Positions 19,804-29,926 of a DNA stretch of 64,000 bases are shown piece after piece. The stretch's first letter is position 1. Every line of letters begins with the position of its first letter. A program made the position numbers and the translations under genes. Under the pieces are notes generated by a model. It was given only the letters and a program-made list of their open reading frames with translations. It did no database searches and was not told where the DNA came from. The stretch is from NCBI GenBank assembly GCA_963761805.1, contig CAVXIV010000023.1, positions 609,378 through 673,377 on the forward strand. The letters are read 5' to 3'. This DNA is from an uncultured Acidobacteriota bacterium (GTDB lineage Bacteria; Acidobacteriota; Thermoanaerobaculia; Multivoradales; UBA5704).

Positions 19804-22800
19804 ATGCGCAGACCCATGTTCCTCGCCATCGTCGCCGCGTTCGCGCTGGCGCCCGGAGCGCTCCGGGCCGCCGACGCGGTGAACCCCGACCTGCTCGCCG
19901 GCCTCTCGGCCCGCTCGATCGGCCCCGCCGCCATGAGCGGCCGCGTGGCCGACGTCGACGTCGTCGAGTCGAACCCCGACATCATGTATATCGGGACCGC
20001 CACCGGCGGCGTCTGGAAGACCGTCAACGGCGGTCTCACCTGGGACCCCATCTTCGACGACCAGCCCGTGCACTCCATCGGCGCGGTCGCCGTCTTCCAG
20101 CCCAACCCGGACGTGGTCTGGGTGGGCTCGGGCGAAGGCAACGTCCGCAACAGCGTCTCGATCGGCAACGGCGTCTACCGCTCGCTGGACGGCGGCAAGA
20201 CCTGGTCCCACCTGGGGCTGGAGAAGACGGAGCGCATCCATCGCGTCGTCCTCCATCCCACGGACCCGAACGTCGCCTGGGTGGCCGCCCTCGGCCAGCT
20301 CTGGGGGGAGAACCCGGAGCGCGGCGTCTTCAAGACCACGGACGGCGGCAAGACCTGGCGGAAGGTGCTGTACGTCGACGACAAGACCGGCGCCGCCGAC
20401 CTGATGATCGACCCGAGCAATCCGAACAAGCTCTTCGCCGCCATGTGGCAGTTCCGGCGCTGGCCCTGGATCTTCAACTCGGGCGGACCCGGCTCCGGCC
20501 TCCACGTCTCCCATGACGGCGGCGAGACCTGGAAGCGGATCACCGAGGACGACGGCCTGCCCAAGGGGAACCTCGGGCGCATCGGCCTCGCCATCTCGCG
20601 CTCCAACCCGAGCATCGTCTATGCCCTGGTGGAGAACGCCGACAAGAGCCAGATCCTGCGCTCCGCCGACGGCGGCCAGACCTGGAAGAAGGTGAGCGAG
20701 GACACCCGCGCCACCGAGCGGCCGTTCTACTACGCCGACCTCAAGGTCGATCCCGTCTGGCCGAACCGCGTCTACAGCCTCACCGCCCGCCTGCTGGTCT
20801 CCGAGGACAGCGCGCAAGACTTCGACAACCTGGGCCGCTCGCGGGAGATCCACGGCGACTACCACGACCTCTGGATCAACCCCCGGGACCCCGAGCACAT
20901 CGTCGCCGCCAACGACGGCGGTCTGGGCATCAGCCGCGACCGCGGCGAGACCTGGATGTTCGTGGCCAACCTGCCGCTGGCGCAGTTCTACCACGTGGCC
21001 GTGGACATGGACCGGCCGTACAACGTCTACGGCGGCCTGCAGGACAACGGCTCCTGGCGGGGTCCCAGCTCGCTCTTCGAGCAGGGGGGCGGCATCCGCA
21101 ATTCCCGCTGGGACGTGGTCGGCGGCGGCGACGGCTTCGACACGCGCCCCGATCCCGAGGACTCGATGGCGGGCTACTCCATGTCGCAGGGCGGCGAGCT
21201 GACCCGCTGGAACCTGCAGACGCGGGAGTTCAAGAGCATCAAGCCGCCGGAGGTAGCTCCCGGCGACAAGAGCCGCGAGCGGCTCCGCTTCAACTGGAAC
21301 GCCGGCCTGGCCCAGGACCCCTTCGAGCCGGGCACGATCTATTACGGCAGCCAGTACGTCCACAAGTCCACGGACCGGGGCGATTCCTGGACGATCATCA
21401 GCCCCGACCTGACCACCGACAACGCCGAGTGGCAGCAGCAGTCGAAAAGCGGCGGCCTGACCCTGGACGTCACCGCCGCCGAGAACCACACGACGATCAT
21501 CGCCATCGCCCCCAGCGCGCTGCAGAAGGGCGTGCTCTGGGTGGGCACGGACGACGGCCGCCTGCACGTGACCCGCGACGGCGGCCAGACCTGGACGAGC
21601 GTCGAGAAGAACGTCAAGGGCGTGCCGGACAACACCTGGATCCCCCACATCACGCCCTCCAGGCACGACGCCGCCTCGGCGTTCGTGGTCTTCGACAACC
21701 ACCGCCGGTCGGACTTCGCGCCCTACGTCTACCGCACCGATGACTGGGGGAAGACCTGGAAGAGCCTGGCGACCAAGGACCTCCGGGGCTACGCGCTGTC
21801 CGTCGAGCAGGACCCCGTGGACAAGGATCTCCTGTTCCTGGGCACGGAGTTCGGCCTCTGGGCCTCGCTGGACGGCGGCGCGCGCTGGATGAAGTGGAAG
21901 CACGGTGTGCCCACGGCCTCGGTGATGGACATGGTGATCCATCCCCGCGATCACGACCTGGTGCTCGGCACCCACGGCCGGGCGGTCTACGTGATCGACG
22001 ACATCTCGCCGCTACGCGACCTCTCGGCGGAGACGATGGCGAAGCCCGTCCATGTCCATCCGATTCCGCCCGCGGTGATGTACCGCGCCCTGCGCAGCCG
22101 GGGCGTGCGGGGCGGCGGCGCCGGCGAATACCAGGGCGAGAACCGCGACTACGGCGCCCTGATCACCTTCTCGCTGAACGCGCCGAACCTGCCGTTGCCG
22201 GACAAGGAACAGGAGCGGGCGCGCAAGGAGGCCGAACGCGCCGCCGAACGGGCCCGGGCCCAGTCGGTGGTCACCCAGCAGTCCGGTGTGATCAAGGAGG
22301 ACGCCCCGGCGTCGGAGGCCGCTCCCCAGCCCGAGGAGGAAGGGAGGAGGGGCGGCAAGGGGCCGCAGGCGGAGATCAAGATCAGCGACGCCTCCGGCAA
22401 GGTGATCCGGACGATCAAGACGGACGTCCACCGGGGCCTCAACCGGGTGGTCTGGGACCTCGGCCGCGACGATTTCCGCTCGCCGCCGAGCGAAGGCCGG
22501 GGCTTCCCGCGGGACGGCTCCGGCCCCTCGGTCCGTCCCGGCACCTACACCGTGGCCGTCAAGTACGGCAAGGAGGAGGCGCGAAGCACGGTGGAAGTGA
22601 AGGCCGACCAGGATCTCGCCGGCAACGACTGGCAGGCCTGGGACGCCGAGGTGAACCGGGTGGGCCAGCTCCAGAACGCCGTGGTGGAGGCCATCGAACG
22701 GGTCGCCGCCACCAAGGCGGACGTGGACGTGGTGCTCTCCAAGCTCGACGCCCGCGCCAAGGCGCGCACGCGGGGAGGAGAGAGCGGCGGCGAGGATCCG

Positions 22801-23130
22801 GACAAGGACCTGAAGAAGGCCGCCAAGGATCTCCAGAAGCGGCTCGGCGAAGTGGAGCGGAAGCTCTGGGTGCCGCCGGCCACCAAGGGGATCGTGGAGG
22901 ACCGGACGGCGCAGAACCGCATGGGCCTCATGCGCCGCTTCGTGGGCTCCTCCTGGACCGCCCCGACCGGCACGGCCAAGGCCCACCTCGACAACGCCGA
23001 GGCCGAAGTCCGCGAGGTCCTGGCCGAGGTCAACAAGCTCTACGCCGAGGACGTCCCCGCCTTCCGCCAGAAGGTGGCCGCGGCGCAGATCGACCTCCTG
23101 GGGGCGCAGGGACCGATCGAGGTGAAGTAG
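19804..23130 (+). CDS. secreted BNR/Asp-box repeat protein (sortilin/VPS10-like beta-propeller)
   Basis: Signal peptide MRRPMFLAIVAAFALAPGALRA. Repeated SxDxGxTW boxes: SLDGGKTW, TTDGGKTW, SHDGGETW, SADGGQTW, SRDRGETW, TRDGGQTW, TDDWGKTW. Confidence 0.8.
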   Translation: MRRPMFLAIVAAFALAPGALRAADAVNPDLLAGLSARSIGPAAMSGRVADVDVVESNPDIMYIGTATGGVWKTVNGGLTWDPIFDDQPVHSIGAVAVFQPNPDVVWVGSGEGNVRNSVSIGNGVYRSLDGGKTWSHLGLEKTERIHRVVLHPTDPNVAWVAALGQLWGENPERGVFKTTDGGKTWRKVLYVDDKTGAADLMIDPSNPNKLFAAMWQFRRWPWIFNSGGPGSGLHVSHDGGETWKRITEDDGLPKGNLGRIGLAISRSNPSIVYALVENADKSQILRSADGGQTWKKVSEDTRATERPFYYADLKVDPVWPNRVYSLTARLLVSEDSAQDFDNLGRSREIHGDYHDLWINPRDPEHIVAANDGGLGISRDRGETWMFVANLPLAQFYHVAVDMDRPYNVYGGLQDNGSWRGPSSLFEQGGGIRNSRWDVVGGGDGFDTRPDPEDSMAGYSMSQGGELTRWNLQTREFKSIKPPEVAPGDKSRERLRFNWNAGLAQDPFEPGTIYYGSQYVHKSTDRGDSWTIISPDLTTDNAEWQQQSKSGGLTLDVTAAENHTTIIAIAPSALQKGVLWVGTDDGRLHVTRDGGQTWTSVEKNVKGVPDNTWIPHITPSRHDAASAFVVFDNHRRSDFAPYVYRTDDWGKTWKSLATKDLRGYALSVEQDPVDKDLLFLGTEFGLWASLDGGARWMKWKHGVPTASVMDMVIHPRDHDLVLGTHGRAVYVIDDISPLRDLSAETMAKPVHVHPIPPAVMYRALRSRGVRGGGAGEYQGENRDYGALITFSLNAPNLPLPDKEQERARKEAERAAERARAQSVVTQQSGVIKEDAPASEAAPQPEEEGRRGGKGPQAEIKISDASGKVIRTIKTDVHRGLNRVVWDLGRDDFRSPPSEGRGFPRDGSGPSVRPGTYTVAVKYGKEEARSTVEVKADQDLAGNDWQAWDAEVNRVGQLQNAVVEAIERVAATKADVDVVLSKLDARAKARTRGGESGGEDPDKDLKKAAKDLQKRLGEVERKLWVPPATKGIVEDRTAQNRMGLMRRFVGSSWTAPTGTAKAHLDNAEAEVREVLAEVNKLYAEDVPAFRQKVAAAQIDLLGAQGPIEVK

Positions 23131-23131
23131 C

Positions 23132-24134
23132 TCAGATCCGCACCACGATCTTCCCGAAATGCCCGCCCGCCTTCATGTGCTCGAAGGCGGCGCGGGCATC
23201 CTCCAGAGGGAACGTCCGGTCGATCGCCGGACGCAGCCCGTGCAAGGCGATGGCGCGGTTCATCGCTTCGAAGCCCTCGCGGTGGCCCACGAGGATGCCG
23301 TTGACGCGGACCTGCTGCATGAAGATCTGGGTGAGGAGGATCTCGGCCTTGGTCCCCGCGAGGTTGCCGATCAGGCTGATCGTGCCGCCGAAACGCACGG
23401 CCTGCAGCGACTGCTGGAGCGTCCCGGCTCCTCCCACCTCGATCACGTTGTCGACTCCCACGCCGCCGGTCAGCTCCTTGGCCTTCTTCCCCCAGTCCGC
23501 GGCTTCCCGGTAGTTGATCGCCTCGTCCGCGCCCATCTCGCGGACACGCCGCAGCTTGTCGTCGCTGCTGGAGGTGGCGATGACGCGGGCGCCCTGGAGC
23601 TTCGCGAGTTGCAGGGCGAAGAGCGAGACGCCGCCCGTGCCCTGCACCAGCACCGTGTCGCCGGCCGTCGTGCCCTCCAGCGCGCTCCAGGCGGTGACGG
23701 CGGCGCACGGCAAGCGTCGCGGCCTCCTCGTCGCTCAGGTGCGGAGGTGTGAGGACGACCGACTCCTGATCGAAGACGGCCAGCTCGGCGAGCGTTCCAT
23801 CCAGCGGACCGCCCAGGGTCGAGCGCAGCCGCTCGCGGACAGGCCGGCCGGAGATCCACTTCTGGGCGAACAGGGTGCAGATCCGGTCGCCGGGCCGGAC
23901 GCGTGTCACCCCTTCTCCGACTTCCACGACCTCGCCCGCGCCGTCCGAGCAGGGGATCAGCGGCAGCGGCTGCTTCGGGTTGTACTTGCCTTCGGCCGTC
24001 AGCAGGTCGCGGTAGTTGAGGGAGGCGGCGCGGAGACGCATCAGGACCTGCCCGGGACCGGGCCGCGGATCGGGCCGCTCCACCAGGGCGAGATTCTCCA
24101 GGCCGAAGCCGCCGCGGATCTCGAGCGCCCGCAC
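23132..24134 (-). pseudogene. NADPH:quinone oxidoreductase / zinc-type alcohol dehydrogenase family, one frameshift
   Basis: The N-terminal half is in one frame (..GDRICTLF..SDEEAATL). The C-terminal half is in another (PCAAVTAWSAL..VLVQGTGGVSLFALQLAK..). The switch is at ~23708, where cttg looks like a 1-nt insertion. Confidence 0.75.
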
Positions 24135-24137
24135 GCG

Positions 24138-24563
<426 letters not shown>

Positions 24564-25261
24564 GCGGCCTATTCTATCGGCACGGCTTCCCTGCTACTCT
24601 GAAGTCACGAAAATGACTCCGCTCCCTTTTTACCGGACCCTGAGACTCCTCGTAGAAAGATCTGCCAATCTTCGTCCGGAATCCCGGTCGCGGGACGCGT
24701 TCCAGGCCGCCGTACCCGCCAGAAGGATCGGTTCTGATGCCTGGAGAAAAGTTGGTTCGGGAATTGCACCAAGCGTATTGCCGTGAGAGGAGTTGTATTC
24801 GCCCCTGGCGGGGCCCGCAATCCGACACGGAACGGCATGGTCAGCGCCGGCTGGCGCCGGGCTTCCCGGCTGACCGGCCGCAACGCGTTGCTCGACGCGC
24901 CGCGACCGGTCACGACGCCGCTCCTCCCCGGAGCGGAGGAGCCTGTGACTCGTGAGAGTCTGGACTCCAGCGTGCCTCCCGACCAACCTCCGAGTAGCCC
25001 GGACAGCCCCGCCGATCTCCGGCCCGGGCTGTCGGCCTCCGACCCCGAATTTCTCTGCCTCACGCTCCCCACTGACCGCGCATTCCTCGGCGGCCACTTT
25101 CGGCTGCGAGGCCTCCCCTAACGGGTTGGCACGCTAGATCCATGCGCACGGAGCCCCCCGGGGCATTCCCGCCGGATTCCACATCCGGGTGGGTCGTCGG
25201 CGTTGAATCCCCGTTCACCCATCTACAGTCCATCATTCCGTCTTCACGGAGGAGCAGGAAA

Positions 25262-26416
25262 ATGAAGCAGGAGGCGTCCGCCTCGGCGGCGTTCGAGCCT
25301 TCGCGGCACGAGGAGATCTGCGCGATCTTCGGCGAGCCGTACGACCCTGGACTATGGAACGACTGGCACTGGCAGTTGCGGCGCCGCCTCACCCGCCTCG
25401 ACCAGCTCGAAAAGCTTCTGAACCTGACGGACGCCGAGCGGCGCGGCCTGCTGCTGGCCAGCGAGAAGTTCTCCGTCGCCGTCACACCCCACTTCGCGTC
25501 GCTGATCGATCCCTATGATCCCCGCTGTCCCCTTCGGCTCCAGGTCGTGCCGCAGGAGAGCGAGCTGGTGGTCAGCCGGGGCGACATGACCGATCCCTGC
25601 GGCGAGGACGGCTCCAGCGTCGTCGAAGGCCTGGTGCACCGCTATCCCGACCGCGTGCTCTTCCTGGTGCTCGACACCTGCGCCGCCTACTGCCGCTACT
25701 GCACCCGCAGCCGGCTGGTCAGCCAGGGCGAGCTCGACCCCCTGGGCCGCCGCATCGAGGCGGCGCTGGCCTATCTTGAACAGCATACCGAGGTGCGGGA
25801 CGTGCTCCTCTCGGGCGGCGATCCGCTGCTGATGTCCGACGCCACCCTGGACAAGCTCCTGGGCCGTCTGCGGGCCATCCCGCACATCGAATTCCTCCGC
25901 ATCGGCACCCGCATCCCGAGCTTCCTGCCGCAGCGCATCACGCCGGAGCTGGTGGCCGTGCTGCGCAAGCACCGCGTCTGGCTCTCCCTCCACTTCTGCC
26001 ACGCCCGCGAGCTGACGCCCGAGGTGGCCGCGGCCTGCGACCTGCTGGCCGACGGCGGCATCCCGCTCGGCTGCCAGACCGTTCTGCTCCAAGGGGTCAA
26101 CGATTCGGTGGAAGCGCTGCGCGACCTCTTCCACGGCCTGCTCAAGCTGCGGGTGCGGCCCTACTACCTCTACCAGTGCGATCCCGTGCTGGGCACCGGC
26201 CACCTGCGGACCTCCGTCGAGAGGGGGCTGGAGCTGATGTCGAAGCTCCGCGGCCACACGACCGGATACGCGGTGCCCACCTACGTCATCGACGCGCCCG
26301 GCGGCGGCGGCAAGGTGCCGATCCAGATGGAAACCCTTCTCGGTCAGGAAGACGGCGTCTGGCGGCTCCGCAACTGGGAGGGAAAAACCTTTTCATACGT
26401 CGATCCGGAGCGCTGA
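25262..26416 (+). CDS. kamA: lysine 2,3-aminomutase family radical-SAM enzyme (KamA/AblA-like)
   Basis: ATG at 25262 after a ggaggagcagg RBS. CxxxCxxC cluster motif CAAYCRYCTRS. KamA-like context (YPDRVLFLV, LLSGGDPL, YVIDAPGGGGKVP). Confidence 0.85.
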   Translation: MKQEASASAAFEPSRHEEICAIFGEPYDPGLWNDWHWQLRRRLTRLDQLEKLLNLTDAERRGLLLASEKFSVAVTPHFASLIDPYDPRCPLRLQVVPQESELVVSRGDMTDPCGEDGSSVVEGLVHRYPDRVLFLVLDTCAAYCRYCTRSRLVSQGELDPLGRRIEAALAYLEQHTEVRDVLLSGGDPLLMSDATLDKLLGRLRAIPHIEFLRIGTRIPSFLPQRITPELVAVLRKHRVWLSLHFCHARELTPEVAAACDLLADGGIPLGCQTVLLQGVNDSVEALRDLFHGLLKLRVRPYYLYQCDPVLGTGHLRTSVERGLELMSKLRGHTTGYAVPTYVIDAPGGGGKVPIQMETLLGQEDGVWRLRNWEGKTFSYVDPER

Positions 26417-27401
26417 TTGAAACGCCTGCGCATCGGCCTCTGCTACGACCTCAAGTCGGACTATCTCGCCGCGGGTTTCCCGCCCGAGGACGTGATGGAG
26501 TTCGACGAGGAGGAAACCATTCAATCCCTCGCCGGCGGCGCTGGAGGAGATCGGTCACGAGACCGAGCGGGTGGGGCGCGGCCTCGAGCTGGCGCGACGG
26601 CTCGCGGCGGGGGAGCGCTGGGACCTCGTCTTCAACGTCGCCGAAGGCGTGCGCGGACGCTCGCGGGAGGCCCAGGTGCCGGCCCTCTGCGAGCTGTTCG
26701 ATCAGCCCTACACCTTCTCGGACCCGCTGACCTGCGCCGTCACGCTCGACAAGCCGCTGACCAAGCGGCTGGTGCGCGACGACGGCATCGCCACGCCGCC
26801 CTTCGCCGTGGTGGAACGGCCGGAGCAGGCGGATGATCTATCTCTGGAATTTCCACTTTTCGTGAAGCCCGTGGCCGAGGGGAGCAGCAAGGGCGTGACC
26901 GGCCGTTCGCGGGTGTCGAGCCGAGAGGAGCTGCGGGAGGCCTGCGCCGAGCTGATCCGCACCTTCCGCCAGCCGGTGCTCGTCGAGTCCTACCTGCCGG
27001 GCCGCGAGATCACGGTGGGGATCGTGGGCAACGACGGCGACGCCGGTGCGGTGGGCGCCATGGAGGTCACCTTCCGGGAAGGCATGGACGGGGACTACAC
27101 CGCCGTCAACAAGCAGGACTTCGAGAACCGGGTCACCTACCGTCTGGTGGACGGACCGCTCGGCGCCAAGGTCCGCGCGATGGCCCTCTCGACCTTCCGC
27201 CTCCTCTCGTGCCGGGACGTGGCGCGGGTCGATTTCCGCTGCGACGCCGCGGACGAGCCGCATTTCCTCGAAGTGAATCCGCTCCCCGGCCTTCATCCCA
27301 CGTACTCGGACCTTCCCATCCTGTCCACCCTGGCGGGAATCTCCTACACCGATCTGCTCGGCCGCATTCTCGAAGCCTCCATCCGCCGGTGGGGCCTGTG
27401 A
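26417..27401 (+). pseudogene. D-Ala-D-Ala-ligase-family ATP-grasp enzyme 1, apparent 1-nt frameshift near 26535-26545
   Basis: Starts right after the kamA stop (LKRLRIGLCYDLKSDY..EEETIQSLA). Continues in the next frame (LEEIGHETERVGRGLEL..FPLFVKPVAEGSSKGV..EVNPLPGL). Confidence 0.7.
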
Positions 27402-28375
27402 ACCTGAGCGCCATCTCCCGCGTCCTCATCGCCCACAATCCGACGGATGAGGGGGACGACCCCTCGACGGCGGACGTGCTGGCGCAGGTCGGTCTGGTGA
27501 GGTCGGGCCTGGAAGAGCTGGAGATCCCCTGCCGGGCCGTGGCGATTCCCGACTGGATGCCCTGGCTTCATCTCGCTCCGGAACCCGGCGCGGTCGTCTT
27601 CAATCTCATGGAAGCGCCCCCCGGGGTGCCGCACGTCCATCCGGACGCGGCGGCCGTCCTGGAGCTGATGGGCATTCCCTTCACCGGCGCCTCCGCGGCG
27701 GCGCTCTCCCTGACCACGGACAAGCTGGCGACGAGGGCGCTTCTGGCGTCCGAGGGATTGCCGATCGCGCCCGGCGGCCGTCTCGATCCGGACTGTCCCG
27801 GCTTGCTCCACCGGATCCCCGGCCCGTGGATCGTCAAGCCCGCGAAGGAGGACGCGTCCCTGGGGCTCGAAGGCGATCCGGTCTGCGCCACGCGCGAGGC
27901 CGTCCTCGCCCGCGCCTGGAGCCTGGCCGCGCGCTTCCCGGGTCAGCCCCTGGTCGTGGAGACCTTCCTCCCCGGCCGCGAGCTGAACGTCTCTCTCCTG
28001 GCGGGCGAGGTCCTGCCGGTGGCGGAGATCGTCTTCGAAGATTTCCCCGAGGGTATGTCGCGGGTCGTGGGCTACGAAGCGAAATGGCGGGAGGACTCCT
28101 TCGAGTACATTCACACCGTGCGCCGCTTCCCGGAGGGCGATGAGGACGCGGACTTACTGGAGAATGTCCAAAAGCTTGCGCTGAAAGCGTGGCGGATCTG
28201 CGGGTTGCGGGGCTACGCCCGGGTCGATCTCCGTCTGGATCACAACGGCGAGCCGCATATCCTGGAAGTGAACGCCAATCCCTGCCTGGCTCCGGACGCC
28301 GGCTTCATGGCCGCCGCCGGACAGGCCGGATTGACGGCTGGCGAGGTTGTCCGGAAGATTCTCGCTGAGGTGTAG
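27398..28375 (+). CDS. D-Ala-D-Ala-ligase-family ATP-grasp enzyme 2
   Basis: GTG overlaps the preceding stop (GTGA). ATP-grasp hallmarks: WIVKPAKEDASLGL, ARVDLRLDHNGEPHILEVNANP. Confidence 0.8.
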   Translation: MNLSAISRVLIAHNPTDEGDDPSTADVLAQVGLVRSGLEELEIPCRAVAIPDWMPWLHLAPEPGAVVFNLMEAPPGVPHVHPDAAAVLELMGIPFTGASAAALSLTTDKLATRALLASEGLPIAPGGRLDPDCPGLLHRIPGPWIVKPAKEDASLGLEGDPVCATREAVLARAWSLAARFPGQPLVVETFLPGRELNVSLLAGEVLPVAEIVFEDFPEGMSRVVGYEAKWREDSFEYIHTVRRFPEGDEDADLLENVQKLALKAWRICGLRGYARVDLRLDHNGEPHILEVNANPCLAPDAGFMAAAGQAGLTAGEVVRKILAEV

Positions 28376-28377
28376 GA

Positions 28378-28851
28378 ATGGAGATCCGCCGCTCTCTCGA
28401 ATCCACTGACCGCGAGCCCCTGGAGGCGCTGATCCGGGAGACCGACTTCTTCAATCCCCAGGAGATCGGCGTCGCCCTGGAGCTGATCGACGACCGGCTC
28501 GCCAACGGCGAGTCCAGCCACTACCAGTTCCTGGTGGCGGAGCGGGACGGCGAGATCGCCGGCTACGCCTGCTGGGGCCCGATCCCCGGGACCGTCGCCG
28601 CCGCCGACCTCTACTGGATCGTGGTGCGTCCCGGCCAGCAGGGGAAGGGAGTCGGCGCCAAGCTCCTCGCCGCCGCCGAAGAATGGATGGCGAGCGCCGG
28701 GAGGACGCGCGTCTACGTCGAGACCTCCACCCGTCCGCAATACCTGCCGACGCGGGCGTTCTACGCTTCGTGCGGGTACCAGCAGGTCGCGGAGCTGGTG
28801 GACTTCTACGCGCCGGGGGATGGGAAGGCGACTTTCCTGAAGGTGCTCTAG
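28378..28851 (+). CDS. GNAT-family N-acetyltransferase
   Basis: Acetyl-CoA binding motif VRPGQQGKGVGAKLL. 157 aa. Starts 2 nt after the ATP-grasp 2 stop. Confidence 0.85.
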   Translation: MEIRRSLESTDREPLEALIRETDFFNPQEIGVALELIDDRLANGESSHYQFLVAERDGEIAGYACWGPIPGTVAAADLYWIVVRPGQQGKGVGAKLLAAAEEWMASAGRTRVYVETSTRPQYLPTRAFYASCGYQQVAELVDFYAPGDGKATFLKVL

Positions 28852-28854
28852 AAC

Positions 28855-29218
28855 ATGGAAGAACAACTGACTGGAAACCTGGACCATCCACAACCGCATC
28901 AACCGCTATGTCCTGGACGCCATCCCTCCCGAGGCGCTCTCCGCCGTCTCAGCCTCCAAAGGACGCAGCGTCGCCGAGCAGTTCGCGCACCTGCACAACG
29001 TCCGGCTGATGTGGCTGAAGCAGGCCGCGCCCGAATTGCTGGAGGGACTGGAGAAGATCGAGAAGGAGCAGGCGAACGATGCGGCACGGTTGAGCGCGGC
29101 ACTGGAAGCTTCGGGGGGCGCGGTGACGGACCTGCTACGTCAGAGCATCCGCGCCGGAGGCGCGTACTCTCGCTATAGGAAGCAACGTTGTCCTGGCGAG
29201 CTCCCGCCCGGACAGTGA
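28855..29218 (+). pseudogene. DinB-like fragment (disrupted or truncated)
   Basis: ATG frame MEEQLT.. switches near 28870 to WTIHNRINRYVLDAIPPEAL..AEQFAHLHNVRLMWL, which resembles the DinB superfamily. The C-terminus is atypical. Weak call. Confidence 0.3.
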
Positions 29219-29242
29219 TGCCCAGGCGGGCCTTGAGGCAGG

Positions 29243-29488
29243 CTAGCTCGGATAACGGCTCGGATCCTCGCCGTACGTTGACTCGTACTCCATGTTGCCG
29301 TCCTGTTTGTGGACCTTGATCTGCCCGAGCTCGCCCTCCTGGGCCTTCTGCCGGGCGTGCTCCACGGCCTCTTCCTTGGTGGCGAACTCCTTGCGGTACT
29401 CGGCGTTCTCCTGGGAAACCACCCAGCGCTCGCCGGACGAGTTCGGTACGACGTGATAAACAGCCCTTTCCTTGGTGGCTTGAGGCAT
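29243..29488 (-). CDS. DUF2188-like small protein
   Basis: YHVVPNSSGERWVVSQENA..FATKEEAVEHARQKA..IKVHKQDG matches the characteristic DUF2188 pattern. RBS aaggaggatag. Confidence 0.75.
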   Translation of the reverse strand: MPQATKERAVYHVVPNSSGERWVVSQENAEYRKEFATKEEAVEHARQKAQEGELGQIKVHKQDGNMEYESTYGEDPSRYPS

Positions 29489-29677
29489 GGTGGCTATCCT
29501 CCTTTACACCAAGAAGATGCGGCAATAAGCATGCCAGGAAGAGGACGGCCTTTCCGGATTCCCCGCTCCACACGACCGAAGGGCATCAAAGCGCGATCCT
29601 GCGTGCGGCAACCCCACTTGCGGTATTATTCCCTGTAGACTTCCTGAGCCTTGGGACATAGGAGACCAGGAGCACTA

Positions 29678-29926
29678 GTGGCGCTTAAAGCTTACGAGGA
29701 AGTAGTGGATCTTATAGCGCGCGGGAGCGATCCCGGGCGTGTTGTCGCCTTCCATCCATCGGAAGAGACCCAAGCCCGGGTAGAGGCCTTGATCTCTCGG
29801 GAGAAGAGTTCCGGGTTGACGGCAGAAGAGAAGTCCGAGCTCGACCATTATCTTCTGATCGAACACCTCATGCGCCTGGCCAAGGCACGGGCTCGGCAGT
29901 ATCTTTCTACATCCCAGCCCCAGTGA
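29678..29926 (+). CDS. small hypothetical protein translationally coupled to the HNH endonuclease
   Basis: GTG at 29678 after an aggag RBS (the ORF track opens at TTG 29651). Its stop overlaps the HNH start (GTGA). Helical and charged. Lower-GC region. Confidence 0.5.
   Translation: MALKAYEEVVDLIARGSDPGRVVAFHPSEETQARVEALISREKSSGLTAEEKSELDHYLLIEHLMRLAKARARQYLSTSQPQ

Noticed and set aside
24954-24969. RNase P RNA CR-I-like string GAGAGUCUGGACUCCA in the long spacer
   Set aside because: It matches GAAAGUCCGGGCUCCA only partially. None of the other universally conserved RNase P regions could be found on either strand.
25127-25142. Sigma-54-like TGGCACGCTAGATCCA upstream of kamA
   Set aside because: The -24 element is perfect, but the -12 position reads ATCC instead of TTGC. 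This is insufficient without further support.
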